This document shows positions 26,966-35,800 of a stretch of 64,000 bases of DNA, piece by piece. The first letter of the stretch is position 1. Each line of letters opens with the position of its first letter. The translations under genes and the position numbers were made by a program. The notes beneath the pieces were generated by a model that had not been told where the DNA came from, did not search any database, and saw nothing but the letters and a program-made list of their open reading frames with translations. Origin of the DNA: a virus; the IMG/VR virus record IMGVR_UViG_3300044899_000017, positions 1-64,000 of that record; one strand, given 5' to 3'.

Positions 26966-27553
26966 GTGGACACGCCGACTCCTGATCAGCTCCGCGCCGA
27001 CTCGGACCTGATCGCGGCGAAGTTCCCCGATGGGGGCGACGACGCGAAGCTAGAGGCGCGAGCTGCGACCGCCGCGGCGTTCGTCGCGAGCCTGACCTTC
27101 CGGCTGATCGAGCCGGTGGACACTTCGACCGTCGAGGACGAAGTGTTCGAGGAGGTCCCGGCGGGCCTCGTGCCGGTCGCGATCCACGCCGTCGCGGTGA
27201 TGGTCGAGCGGATGGTCGTCACGGGCGCGCCCGACTTCGCGGAGCAGGCGGCGACGGGCCGCAGGCTGCGGGGCTTCTCGGCGGGGCCGTACTCGGAGCA
27301 ATACTTCGCGCCGGGCGAGTTCGCGCGGCGAGGGGCGCAGCAGGGGCGCCCGCCGATGGACCCGGACGAAGCGCTCGACGCGGCGCTGTGGGCGCTCGCG
27401 ACGGAGGCAGCTCGCGAGTCGTTCTTCGCGTGGGCGACGGGCGTGCAGCCGCCGGCGGGTGCGGTGACGACGTTCGACGGGCGGCGCTCGGGTGGCGGCT
27501 ACTTCGGCCACGGCGTGCGTCGCGGGTTCATCGGTGGGCCTGACGGCTTCTAG
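26966..27553 (+). CDS. head-tail adaptor
   Basis: synteny; SAGPYSE motif; TAGGGT-N6-GTG leaderless. Confidence 0.65.
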   Translation: MDTPTPDQLRADSDLIAAKFPDGGDDAKLEARAATAAAFVASLTFRLIEPVDTSTVEDEVFEEVPAGLVPVAIHAVAVMVERMVVTGAPDFAEQAATGRRLRGFSAGPYSEQYFAPGEFARRGAQQGRPPMDPDEALDAALWALATEAARESFFAWATGVQPPAGAVTTFDGRRSGGGYFGHGVRRGFIGGPDGF

Positions 27554-27562
27554 GCTCGGCGC

Positions 27563-27988
27563 ATGGGACAGCTTCGGCATATCCTCGTCCACACGGCGAC
27601 GCCGGTCCGCTTCGAGGAGGCCGACGCCGGCGCGGCGACGTGGGTAGAGGGCGAGCGCGGCGAGACGGGGCCGGAGCCGGTGCTGCGAGACGCGTTCCCG
27701 GCCGTCCTCTTCCTGCCCGGCGGGTCCGAGGAGTCCGACCACCCGCGGACGAAGAAGATCACGAGGCCGACGCTGCTGTACGAGCCGGTGAACGCCGACA
27801 CGGGGCAGCCGGTGCCCGAGCTGACGGCCGAGGACGAGCTGATGGTCGAGGCGCCCGAGCTGGCGCAGTGGACGGGCGAGGTCGAGGCGCGGTGGCAGGT
27901 CGAGGGCACGCCGCAGCCGTTCGGGCCTCCGGGGCGCGTGATCGGCGTGCAGGCGACGCTGAAGCAGGTCCGCGAAGGGAAGAAGTGA
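27563..27988 (+). CDS. head closure/stopper protein
   Basis: synteny; WQVEGTP; TAGGCT-N6-ATG leaderless. Confidence 0.65.
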   Translation: MGQLRHILVHTATPVRFEEADAGAATWVEGERGETGPEPVLRDAFPAVLFLPGGSEESDHPRTKKITRPTLLYEPVNADTGQPVPELTAEDELMVEAPELAQWTGEVEARWQVEGTPQPFGPPGRVIGVQATLKQVREGKK

Positions 27989-28107
27989 TGCCCGAGCCGT
28001 TCGAGACGGAATCGCTCGAAGACGGCGGCTCGACCGCGGCCGTGGCGCTGCTGCTGCTCGCGCTCGTGCTGATCGGCGTCGCGGTGGTCGTGGCGGTGCT
28101 GGGCTGA
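27988..28107 (+). CDS. small single-TM protein
   Basis: TGATG coupling at both ends; hydrophobic C-terminus. Confidence 0.6.
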   Translation: MPEPFETESLEDGGSTAAVALLLLALVLIGVAVVVAVLG

Positions 28108-28649
28108 TGGGCTACCACGGCGGCGAGCTGACGGACCTCGTGGCGCCGCTCGAACGCGGCGTCGAGCGGTTCGCGAAGAACGCCGTGCCCGACGTGGGCC
28201 GCGAGCTGCGCCGACGCGTCCGCCGGCATACCCCCGTGTCGAAGACGACGCCGGCGCAAGTGCTGTCGTTCGGCCTGCGCGGCGCGGAGCTGATGCGTAA
28301 GGGCCGACCTCATGGGGCGCTGCGGGACTCGTGGCAGGTCGGCGAGACGACGGTCCTGTACGCGGGCAGCGTCTTCCGCGTGCCGGTCTTCACGCTCGAT
28401 CCGGTGGCGCCAAACGTCGAGTGGGACACGCAGCCGCACCTGATCGTGCCGCGCAAGCCGGGTGGGCTGCTGACGGTTCCGACGCCGGACGGCCTCGTCT
28501 TCGCGCGGCTCGTGAATCATCCGGGCACGAGGGGCGCGCATATGATGGCGACCGCGCTTCAGGAACTCGCGGCCGAGTGGCAGCGGATCGTCGCGCGGCA
28601 GTGGCGGAACGAGGCGCGCGGCCGGCGCTTCTGGCGGGTGGGCGAGTGA
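28107..28649 (+). CDS. HK97 gp10-like neck protein
   Basis: TPV...GALRDSW...APNVEWDT...VNHPGT. Confidence 0.85.
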   Translation: MGYHGGELTDLVAPLERGVERFAKNAVPDVGRELRRRVRRHTPVSKTTPAQVLSFGLRGAELMRKGRPHGALRDSWQVGETTVLYAGSVFRVPVFTLDPVAPNVEWDTQPHLIVPRKPGGLLTVPTPDGLVFARLVNHPGTRGAHMMATALQELAAEWQRIVARQWRNEARGRRFWRVGE

Positions 28650-29245
28650 ACTACGCGCTCGACGACCGGCATCGGAGCCTGCGCCGCTTCGTGATGAACG
28701 CGCTCGGCTCGCCGCCGTGGACGGTCCGCACGGAGCGGCAGCCGGTCGCCGACGAGGAGCGGCCGGTGGCCGTCGTCGAGGTCAGTACGGCGGTCGTGAC
28801 GCTGCGGGCGCGCACGTCGATCCCGCAGGGCAACGTCGAGCGGCAGCAGACGTTCACGATCACGCTGTACCCGGTGATGGAGGAGACGGCAGCGGAGTCG
28901 CGGCTCGCGGCCGAGGCGGCGTCGCAGCAGCTCGATCAGGCGCTCGTGGTCGGCCTCTCGAACGACGACGAGACGGTGCTGTCGTATCCGGAGATGCTGC
29001 CCGTGTACGACTTCGCCGGCGTGGCGGTGAAGGGCGCGGACCGCGCCGGCCCGATGGACCCGTACGGGTGGATGCGCGCTGACGACTACCCCGTGCGGAC
29101 GATTCAGGACCCGGACGACCCGCTGCGGTGGACGGTGGCGTGCGACCTGCGGGCCTCGTGGGAGCAGGCGGGGCGCGAGCGTCCTCCTGCGCCGACCGTC
29201 GGCTCGATGCCGGCGCACGACTGGACGGCGCCCGGCGGACCGTAG
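28646..29245 (+). CDS. tail terminator/completion protein
   Basis: synteny before sheath. Confidence 0.65.
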   Translation: MNYALDDRHRSLRRFVMNALGSPPWTVRTERQPVADEERPVAVVEVSTAVVTLRARTSIPQGNVERQQTFTITLYPVMEETAAESRLAAEAASQQLDQALVVGLSNDDETVLSYPEMLPVYDFAGVAVKGADRAGPMDPYGWMRADDYPVRTIQDPDDPLRWTVACDLRASWEQAGRERPPAPTVGSMPAHDWTAPGGP

Positions 29246-29281
29246 GTATCGCGTGCATTTCGGTCGTACGATGCGCCGCAG
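29245..29281 (+). promoter_or_regulatory. late-type promoter (tail operon)
   Basis: GGTATC-N16-TACGAT-N9-ATG. Confidence 0.75.
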
Positions 29282-29551
29282 ATGGCCGAGACGACTGCAA
29301 CCGCGAAGCCGGATCGAGCTGCCGAGAAGGCAGCCGCACGCGGCACGCAGTCGAATCCCGCCGCGGAACCCGACGAGGTTCGCTACTCCCGCGAGGAGCT
29401 GATCGAGCAGGCGGGGAACCTGCTCGGCGTCTCGTCTCACGCCGTGGTCGGCGGGCTGTACGGCGAGTCGGCGCAGACGTTCACGCTCGACCGCGCGACG
29501 AAGCTCGTGAACGCTTTCCTGAAGCGCCCGGCTGAAGGGGAAGAGTCCTGA
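29282..29551 (+). CDS. YqzN/YkzM-like small tail protein
   Basis: YSREEL...LLGVS..V.GGL...FT...A.KLV.AFLKR; pre-sheath position as in PBSX-like tails. Confidence 0.65.
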   Translation: MAETTATAKPDRAAEKAAARGTQSNPAAEPDEVRYSREELIEQAGNLLGVSSHAVVGGLYGESAQTFTLDRATKLVNAFLKRPAEGEES

Positions 29552-31014
29552 TGGCGATGGTGCTGAAGCCGATCATCCCGCAGACGAAGATTCGTTTCGT
29601 CGGCGAGACGAGCGTGCAGGTCGCGCCGAGCCTCGGGCAGATCGTCGGGCTGCTGCTGAAGCACAATTGGGGGCCGCTCGCAACGGAGCTGGCGAAGCCC
29701 GAGATTCTTCCCGACTTCGCCGCGTGGACCCGCCGGTATGGCGACTCCGACACGGAGGGCCGCACGGCAGTCGCCGGCGCGTTCGCCGGGCACGGCGTCG
29801 CGGCAGGCTCGGGCGCCGGCGGCGTGATCCCGATCCGTCTCGGCACGAACGCAGCGCGCGCCACGAAGACTCTTGCGAACACGGCGGCAGTGAACGCCGT
29901 TCGCATCGACGCGAAGTGGACCGGCACCCGCGGGAACGATTACGACTACGTGATCGACGCGAACCCGGCCGACGCGTCGCAGGACCGCTTCCGGCTCCGC
30001 TACAAGGGCGCCGTGGTCGAGACGGTCGCGTATCCGCGCGCCGACCTCGCCGCGCTCGTGGCGTCGATCAATGCGCGCGACGCGGGGAACATCACGGCGA
30101 CGCTGCTCGTGGACGGCACGGGCCTCGCGCTGACCGCCGGCACGTCGCTCCTCGGCGGACTCGACGGTGACGCGCTGACCGGCGCCGACTACCTCGCCGG
30201 CCTCGACGTGTTGGAGTTCCAGCCGTTCACGATCCTCGCCGCGGCGAACCTGACGGACGGCGCCATTCAGGCGTCGATCCTCGCGTGGGTCCGCCAGCAG
30301 GAGGACGCGAACCGCCCGGTCGAGTTCGCAGTCGGGGGCCTCGCCGGCGAAACGCTCGCGACGGCCATCGCGCGTTCGACCGCGCTCGCCGATCCGCACG
30401 TGGTGAACCTCGGCGTGGGCACGTACCGCGACGACCTGCTCGCGAAAGACCTCTCGACGGCGCAGCTCGCGCCGCGCATCGCCGGCATCCTCGCGAACCG
30501 CGGCGAGGAGCGCGCACTGACCGGTGCCGAGATTGGCGGGCTGCACGCAATCGGCCTGACCGGCGCTTCGTCCGCTGACGCCGAGTCGGCGATTCAGCGG
30601 GGCGTGACGGTGCTGATCCGCACGGACTCCGACGTGGCCGATCTTCGTGTCGCGATGGGCCTGACGACCTTCACTTCCGAGGCCGACCCGGCGCGGCCGC
30701 GGCGCATCTTCTCCGAGCCGCGCTTCATCCGGATCATGGACCTCTTCATCCGCCGCATGAAGCAGTGGGGCGACCGGACCGTGATCGGGAACGTGCCCGT
30801 GAACGAGGACACTCGCGACGCCGTGCGCGCCGAGGGTTCCCGCCTGATCGACGACCTGCTCCGGCGCGGCCTGATTCTCACGAAGGCCGACGGCGCCGAG
30901 GAAGACCCCTTCATCCGCACGCCGGTCACGACCGACGACACGCTCCCGTTCGAGTTCGGGTGGCAGTTCGCGTACACGGCGAACTTCCTGCTCGGCGAGG
31001 GGAGGGTTCGCTAA
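29551..31014 (+). CDS. tail sheath protein
   Basis: WGP, AKWTGTRGN, GG.DG, GLTT, R.IRIMD, IGNVP.NE..R. Confidence 0.95.
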   Translation: MAMVLKPIIPQTKIRFVGETSVQVAPSLGQIVGLLLKHNWGPLATELAKPEILPDFAAWTRRYGDSDTEGRTAVAGAFAGHGVAAGSGAGGVIPIRLGTNAARATKTLANTAAVNAVRIDAKWTGTRGNDYDYVIDANPADASQDRFRLRYKGAVVETVAYPRADLAALVASINARDAGNITATLLVDGTGLALTAGTSLLGGLDGDALTGADYLAGLDVLEFQPFTILAAANLTDGAIQASILAWVRQQEDANRPVEFAVGGLAGETLATAIARSTALADPHVVNLGVGTYRDDLLAKDLSTAQLAPRIAGILANRGEERALTGAEIGGLHAIGLTGASSADAESAIQRGVTVLIRTDSDVADLRVAMGLTTFTSEADPARPRRIFSEPRFIRIMDLFIRRMKQWGDRTVIGNVPVNEDTRDAVRAEGSRLIDDLLRRGLILTKADGAEEDPFIRTPVTTDDTLPFEFGWQFAYTANFLLGEGRVR

Positions 31015-31520
31015 TGGCGACCGTCGGCCCGACCGCAAACCTGCCGGGACGCGCACGCCGCTCGGGCCGCGCGGGCACCGTGTGGGAGAACGCGCGCCAT
31101 CTCGGCGAAGTGATCGCTGTCGAGTGGAACGTGAACGTGCAGCAGATCGCAGTCGTGATCGCCGGCGCGTGGAGGAACGAGCAGAAGCCCGGCGTCGAGG
31201 AGCGAGCTGGCACGTTCCGCGTGCAGGACGTTCACGACAAGTGGGCGCTCCGCGTGTGGCGCTTCGTGCGCGCCCGCCGCGACGGCGACCGCTCGGCCGC
31301 TTCGTTCCCGGAGTTCTCCGTCGTCACGAAGATCGACGACATCGGGGCGCCCGATCAGACGCGTTGGCAGCTCGACGGCTGCACGCTCTTCGAGTACTCC
31401 GGCGGGCACTCGCAGGAGGACGACCTCCTCATCCGCGAGATTCCCTTCAGCTTCCGCGACGACAAGCCGCTGCACGCGTTCGAGTACACGGACGACGGCA
31501 TCGCGGTCACGGAGGCGTGA
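31014..31520 (+). CDS. tail tube protein (XkdM-like)
   Basis: follows sheath; SG..GTVW...K.DD...EIPFSF. Confidence 0.85.
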   Translation: MATVGPTANLPGRARRSGRAGTVWENARHLGEVIAVEWNVNVQQIAVVIAGAWRNEQKPGVEERAGTFRVQDVHDKWALRVWRFVRARRDGDRSAASFPEFSVVTKIDDIGAPDQTRWQLDGCTLFEYSGGHSQEDDLLIREIPFSFRDDKPLHAFEYTDDGIAVTEA

Positions 31521-31639
31521 TGCCTTCGCTCGGGTACAGCTCGCCGCAGCCGCAGGACACGCGCTCGCGCGCAGGCCGGCCTCGCCGCGACCGGCGTGCG
31601 AACCGCGCGGCTCGCGCAGCGCGCCGGCGCAACCGCTGA
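31520..31639 (+). CDS. 39-aa Arg-rich peptide
   Basis: TGATG coupling; ends RAARAARRRNR. Confidence 0.5.
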   Translation: MPSLGYSSPQPQDTRSRAGRPRRDRRANRAARAARRRNR

Positions 31640-31648
31640 GGCGGCATC

Positions 31649-32050
31649 GTGGTCGCCGACTACGAGGCCGCGTGGGTCGCGCTTCAGCGACTCGTGGCGT
31701 CAAAGACTCAGCACGGCCGCGAGCCGCTGCTGACCGCGATGGCCGACCTTCTGGCCGAGCATCGCGTTCCCGCCGGGGAGCTGTCGCGGCTTCTCCGGCT
31801 GCATGGCGTCGAGGTCGAGCGTGCGCGCTCGATGTCGGCCGAACTCGACCGGGACGAGCTGTCCCCTTCCGCCGTGGACGACGTTCACGACGGGACCGCA
31901 GCTCCCCGGCCTTCATTGATCGGAGGCGATCACGATGGGCGGAATGACAGCAGCAGACGAGAAGGCGAAGGACGGCGCGGTGGGGCAGGACGACCGCGAT
32001 CCGGGGCCGGCAGCGCAGGTGGCCGCAGCGGAGCCGCGGTCGGCGCCTGA
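31649..32050 (+). CDS. hypothetical protein inserted between tube and chaperone
   Basis: GAGG-GTG start; overlaps next gene by about 115 nt. Confidence 0.5.
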   Translation: MVADYEAAWVALQRLVASKTQHGREPLLTAMADLLAEHRVPAGELSRLLRLHGVEVERARSMSAELDRDELSPSAVDDVHDGTAAPRPSLIGGDHDGRNDSSRREGEGRRGGAGRPRSGAGSAGGRSGAAVGA

Positions 32051-32621
32051 CGCCGGCGAGGAGCGCGGCGACCTCGCGGTGGAGGCGTACGCGCGCGACC
32101 ACGAGGGCCTGTCGGACGAGGACGAGCGGGACGCGCTCGACTTCCTGCTCGCGCCGAAGCCGCCGCGCATCTACGGCGTGAAGGTGAAGTACGACACGGA
32201 GGCCGGCATCCGCCCGCTGACGTTCGTCGTGCGGGCCTCGGACGGTCGCAAGATCGACGGCATCGAGCAGGCGAACGTCTCCGAGGCGACGGGCAAGATC
32301 GACCGCATCACGGCCGACTGTCAGATCGTCGCGCTGGCGTGCGTGGCGCTCGAATCGGCGAGCGGCCGGGCGGTCGAGCTGACCTCCGCGGAGTTCCTGA
32401 CGGTGCGCGTCCCGAAGCGGGACGACTCCTCGGGCGAGCCGACGGGGGAGATGGTCGAGACGCGGCTCGCGTCGCCGGCGGACGCGCTCGAAGCACGCTT
32501 CAAGACGCAACTCGGCATCGTGTCGGGCGTCGCTCGCGAGGTCCGACGCATCTCGGGTTACGACCCGGAGCGGGTGGGCGTGGCGCAGCGCCGGCTCGTG
32601 GACGCGGCGGGAAACTCCTAA
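31935..32621 (+). CDS. tail assembly chaperone (G)
   Basis: SD GGAGG; upstream of tape measure; ends at slippery site. Confidence 0.8.
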   Translation: MGGMTAADEKAKDGAVGQDDRDPGPAAQVAAAEPRSAPDAGEERGDLAVEAYARDHEGLSDEDERDALDFLLAPKPPRIYGVKVKYDTEAGIRPLTFVVRASDGRKIDGIEQANVSEATGKIDRITADCQIVALACVALESASGRAVELTSAEFLTVRVPKRDDSSGEPTGEMVETRLASPADALEARFKTQLGIVSGVAREVRRISGYDPERVGVAQRRLVDAAGNS

Positions 32622-32860
32622 AGGCCGATGGTGCCGCATGGGAGCTGTACGTTCAGTGGCGCTTCCGCGGGGAGGACCCTGCGGAGACGTGGCGTCGCTG
32701 GCGTCGGCGCCCGGCACTGTCGGACCCGGAGTGGGGAGCGGCGCGCCGCGAGGCGTTCCTGACGGCCTGCGCGATCTACGCGGGTCTTCAGGAGCGCATC
32801 GTGGCGGACATCGCCGAGGCGTTCTCGAAGCAGGCCGAGAAGAAGAAGGGCGGTAAGTAG
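32609..32860 (+). CDS. -1 frameshift extension of tail chaperone (GT)
   Basis: G GGA AAC heptamer at 32609-32615; -1 frame open to 32860. Confidence 0.8.
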   Translation, partial: GKLLKADGAAWELYVQWRFRGEDPAETWRRWRRRPALSDPEWGAARREAFLTACAIYAGLQERIVADIAEAFSKQAEKKKGGK

Positions 32861-32862
32861 CC

Positions 32863-35800
32863 GTGGCCGAGGGCACGGTCCGCGGAGCGTTCGACCTCGA
32901 CACGAGGCCGGCGGTCCGCGGCGTCCGCGATTACCGGCAGGAGGCCGAGCGCGCGGACGCGGCCACGAAGTCGCTCGGGTCGAGCATCGACGACGCGTTC
33001 GGGCCGTCGGAGGTCGCGCATATCCAGACGGTGCGCGAGGAGATGAAGGGCCTCGGCACGCAGTCGAGGGAGACGCGCATCGAGGTCCGCGATCAGTGGA
33101 AGGGGATGCGCCGCGAGATAGAGCGCGAGGCCGCGGGGATCAGCTCGTCCATCGCCGCGGTGAAGCAGCGGATGGGGGCGCTCGGGCGCGAGCGGGCGAC
33201 TCCGCACGTGGACGTGTCGGGCATCACGGCGGCTATCGCGCAGGTGGACCTCCTCGAATCGAGGCTGAACTCGCTGTCGAGGCAGCGGGCGACGCCGCGA
33301 GTGGCGATGGGCGGCGGCTTCGGAGGGGCCGCAGCTCGCGCGGCCTCGGGCGCCGCCGGCGGTGGGCGCGCTGGCGTCTTCGCGAACTCCGGCACGGGCG
33401 GCTCGGGCTTCAGCGTGGGGCCGCTGTCAGGCCGTGCGCTCGCGCTCGGCGCGGGCCTCGGGCTACCGGCCGTCTCGTCGCTCGCGGGAGGCGCTGTGGG
33501 CCTCGGAGGCTCCGCAGGGGGTGCGCTGCTCGGCGCGGGTGCTGGCGGGTTAGCGGGCTTCGGAGCGCTCGCTGTGGGCGGGGGCAGCGCGTTCTCCGTG
33601 GCGAAGCCGGCGCAGACGGCGCTCGCAGCGACGATCAAGGTCCAGACGAAGTACACGGCGGCGGTGCGCGACTTCGGGCGGGCCTCGACGCAGGCGAAGA
33701 ACGCGAAGCGCGAACTCGATCAGGCGTACGCGGATAACCGCGGGGTGCAGCACGCCACGCGCCAGCTCTCGGCCTTCAAGCGCGAGTGGAAGTCGCTAAC
33801 GGCGCCGGGCCGGCGCGACTACTTCGGGATGATCGGCGACGTAACGCAGATCGGCCGGCGGGTGGCTCCGAACCTCGCGGCGAACGCGAACACGAGTATG
33901 CACGCGGTGCGCGGCGCGGCGACGAACTTCGCGGGGTTCGCCGCGGGGAACGAGACGCAGCGCTTCCTCGGCTTCGAGACGCAGACGTTCGCGCGCGAGC
34001 TGCCCATCGCCGAGCGCTCGCTCGAAAACGTGACGCTCGGGATCGAACACCTGATCCGGGCCGCGACGCCGTTCTTCCACGAGGCGAACGTGTGGGTCGA
34101 GCATTGGTCGGCCGGCTGGGCGGACTCGACCTCGAACATCGACGAGCAGCACCGGAAGATGGAACCGCTCGTGCAGTCGTGGCGGACGTGGTGGCACCTG
34201 CTCGGCACCACGAAGACGCTGCTGCGCGACATCTTCACGGCGGGGCAGCCGTCGGGCGACTCGCTCGTGATGTCGCTCGATCACACGTTCCAACATTGGG
34301 ACGACTGGATCAAGCAGCACCCGGCCTCGACGCGGAAGTGGTTCGCCGACTCGGCGGACTCCGTGCGCGGGATGGCCGATGCGCTTCGCCACGTCGTGCA
34401 TTGGCTGTCGCAGATGGCCGACCTGCTGCGGCCGCTGCTCGACCGCTTCTCGCAGCTCGTCGGCTTCGCGTCGCAGCTCGGGCTGATCGGCACGCCGGGC
34501 GCGCTCGCCGCGGTGATGGGCGGCGTCCGCGGCTTCCGCGGCCGCGGGGGCGGGGGTGCCGCCGGCGGGATGGGCGGCGGGATGGTGCCGTACTTCGGCG
34601 CGCCGGCGCCGGCGGCTGCGATGGGCGGCGGCATGGCCGGTGCTGGCGGCATGGCCGCGGGCGGCGCGGCGTACCTCGCAGCTCGCGGCCGGATGACGTG
34701 GGGATCGCTCGGGCCTATCGCGACGCCGGAGGCGTTCGCGCAGCGCTACGGCGGCGTGGCCGGCGCGCGCTACGGGATGCCGATGTCGCAGGTCGGCGCC
34801 GTGCGCGGACCGTGGGCGAGCCGCGCGGCCTCGGGCATGGGCCGCGTCGGCGGGGCGCTGAAGGGAGCTGGCCGCGCGGCGCTGCCGCTCGCGCTCGGCT
34901 TCTCGGCGCTCGACTTCGCGACGTTCGACGGTGGCTTCGGGCAGAAGCTCGACGCCGGCCTCTCGTCGCTGACGCTCGGCGCGCTGCCGCGGCCGCGCAC
35001 CGCGGCGCAGACGCAGGACGCCGCGAGTCAGTACGTGCAGAAGTTCCAAGCCTCGCACGTGGACGCGCTGCCGGCGACGCTCGGCGGCGGCACGACCGCG
35101 CTCGGGCGGATCAATGCGGAGATAGGGCGGCTGTCGGGGAAGAAGGGCCTGACGAGCGGGCAGCGGCTCCTCGGCGGCGGCGACGCGTCGATGTTCGGCC
35201 TCTTCTCGACGGGGCAGGGCAACCGCCTTACGGACGAGCAGATGGCCGAGAATAAGAAGCGGATCGAGCTGCTGAACGACGAGCGCGCCGCGCTGATCGG
35301 CACGAATCATCAGATGGCCGTGGCGCGCAACCGGCGCCGGAACGAGCAGTCGAAGCTCGACGCGACGAGGTTCGGCGCGGAGCTGCCCGGCGCCATGAGC
35401 GTCTACCGCCGGCGCGGCCTCTCCGTCGGCGATGCGATGGACAAGACCGTGAATCAGGTCGAGGGCAAGCTGAAGAAGATTCGCGGCGCCGGCGTCGAGA
35501 CGCTAGGCGAGGCGTCGCTCGCGTGGGCGCGCGAGCTGGCGAAGCACAATCCGGCGCTGAAGAAGCAGGTGGACGAGCTGAACGACGCCATCGAGGCGCG
35601 GTTCCGCCGGATGGGTAAGCGCGTGCAGATCGTGAACGGCGACATCCTGACCGGCTCGAAGCGGGAGTGGCGCGACATCCGGACGGCGATGTCCGATCCC
35701 ATCGAGAAGGCGCGCGCGCAGATGACGGACGACTTCACGGCGATTCAGCAGAAGGCCATCGGGTCGCTCGTGTCGATGGGCTTCAACCGCGGCGACGCGC

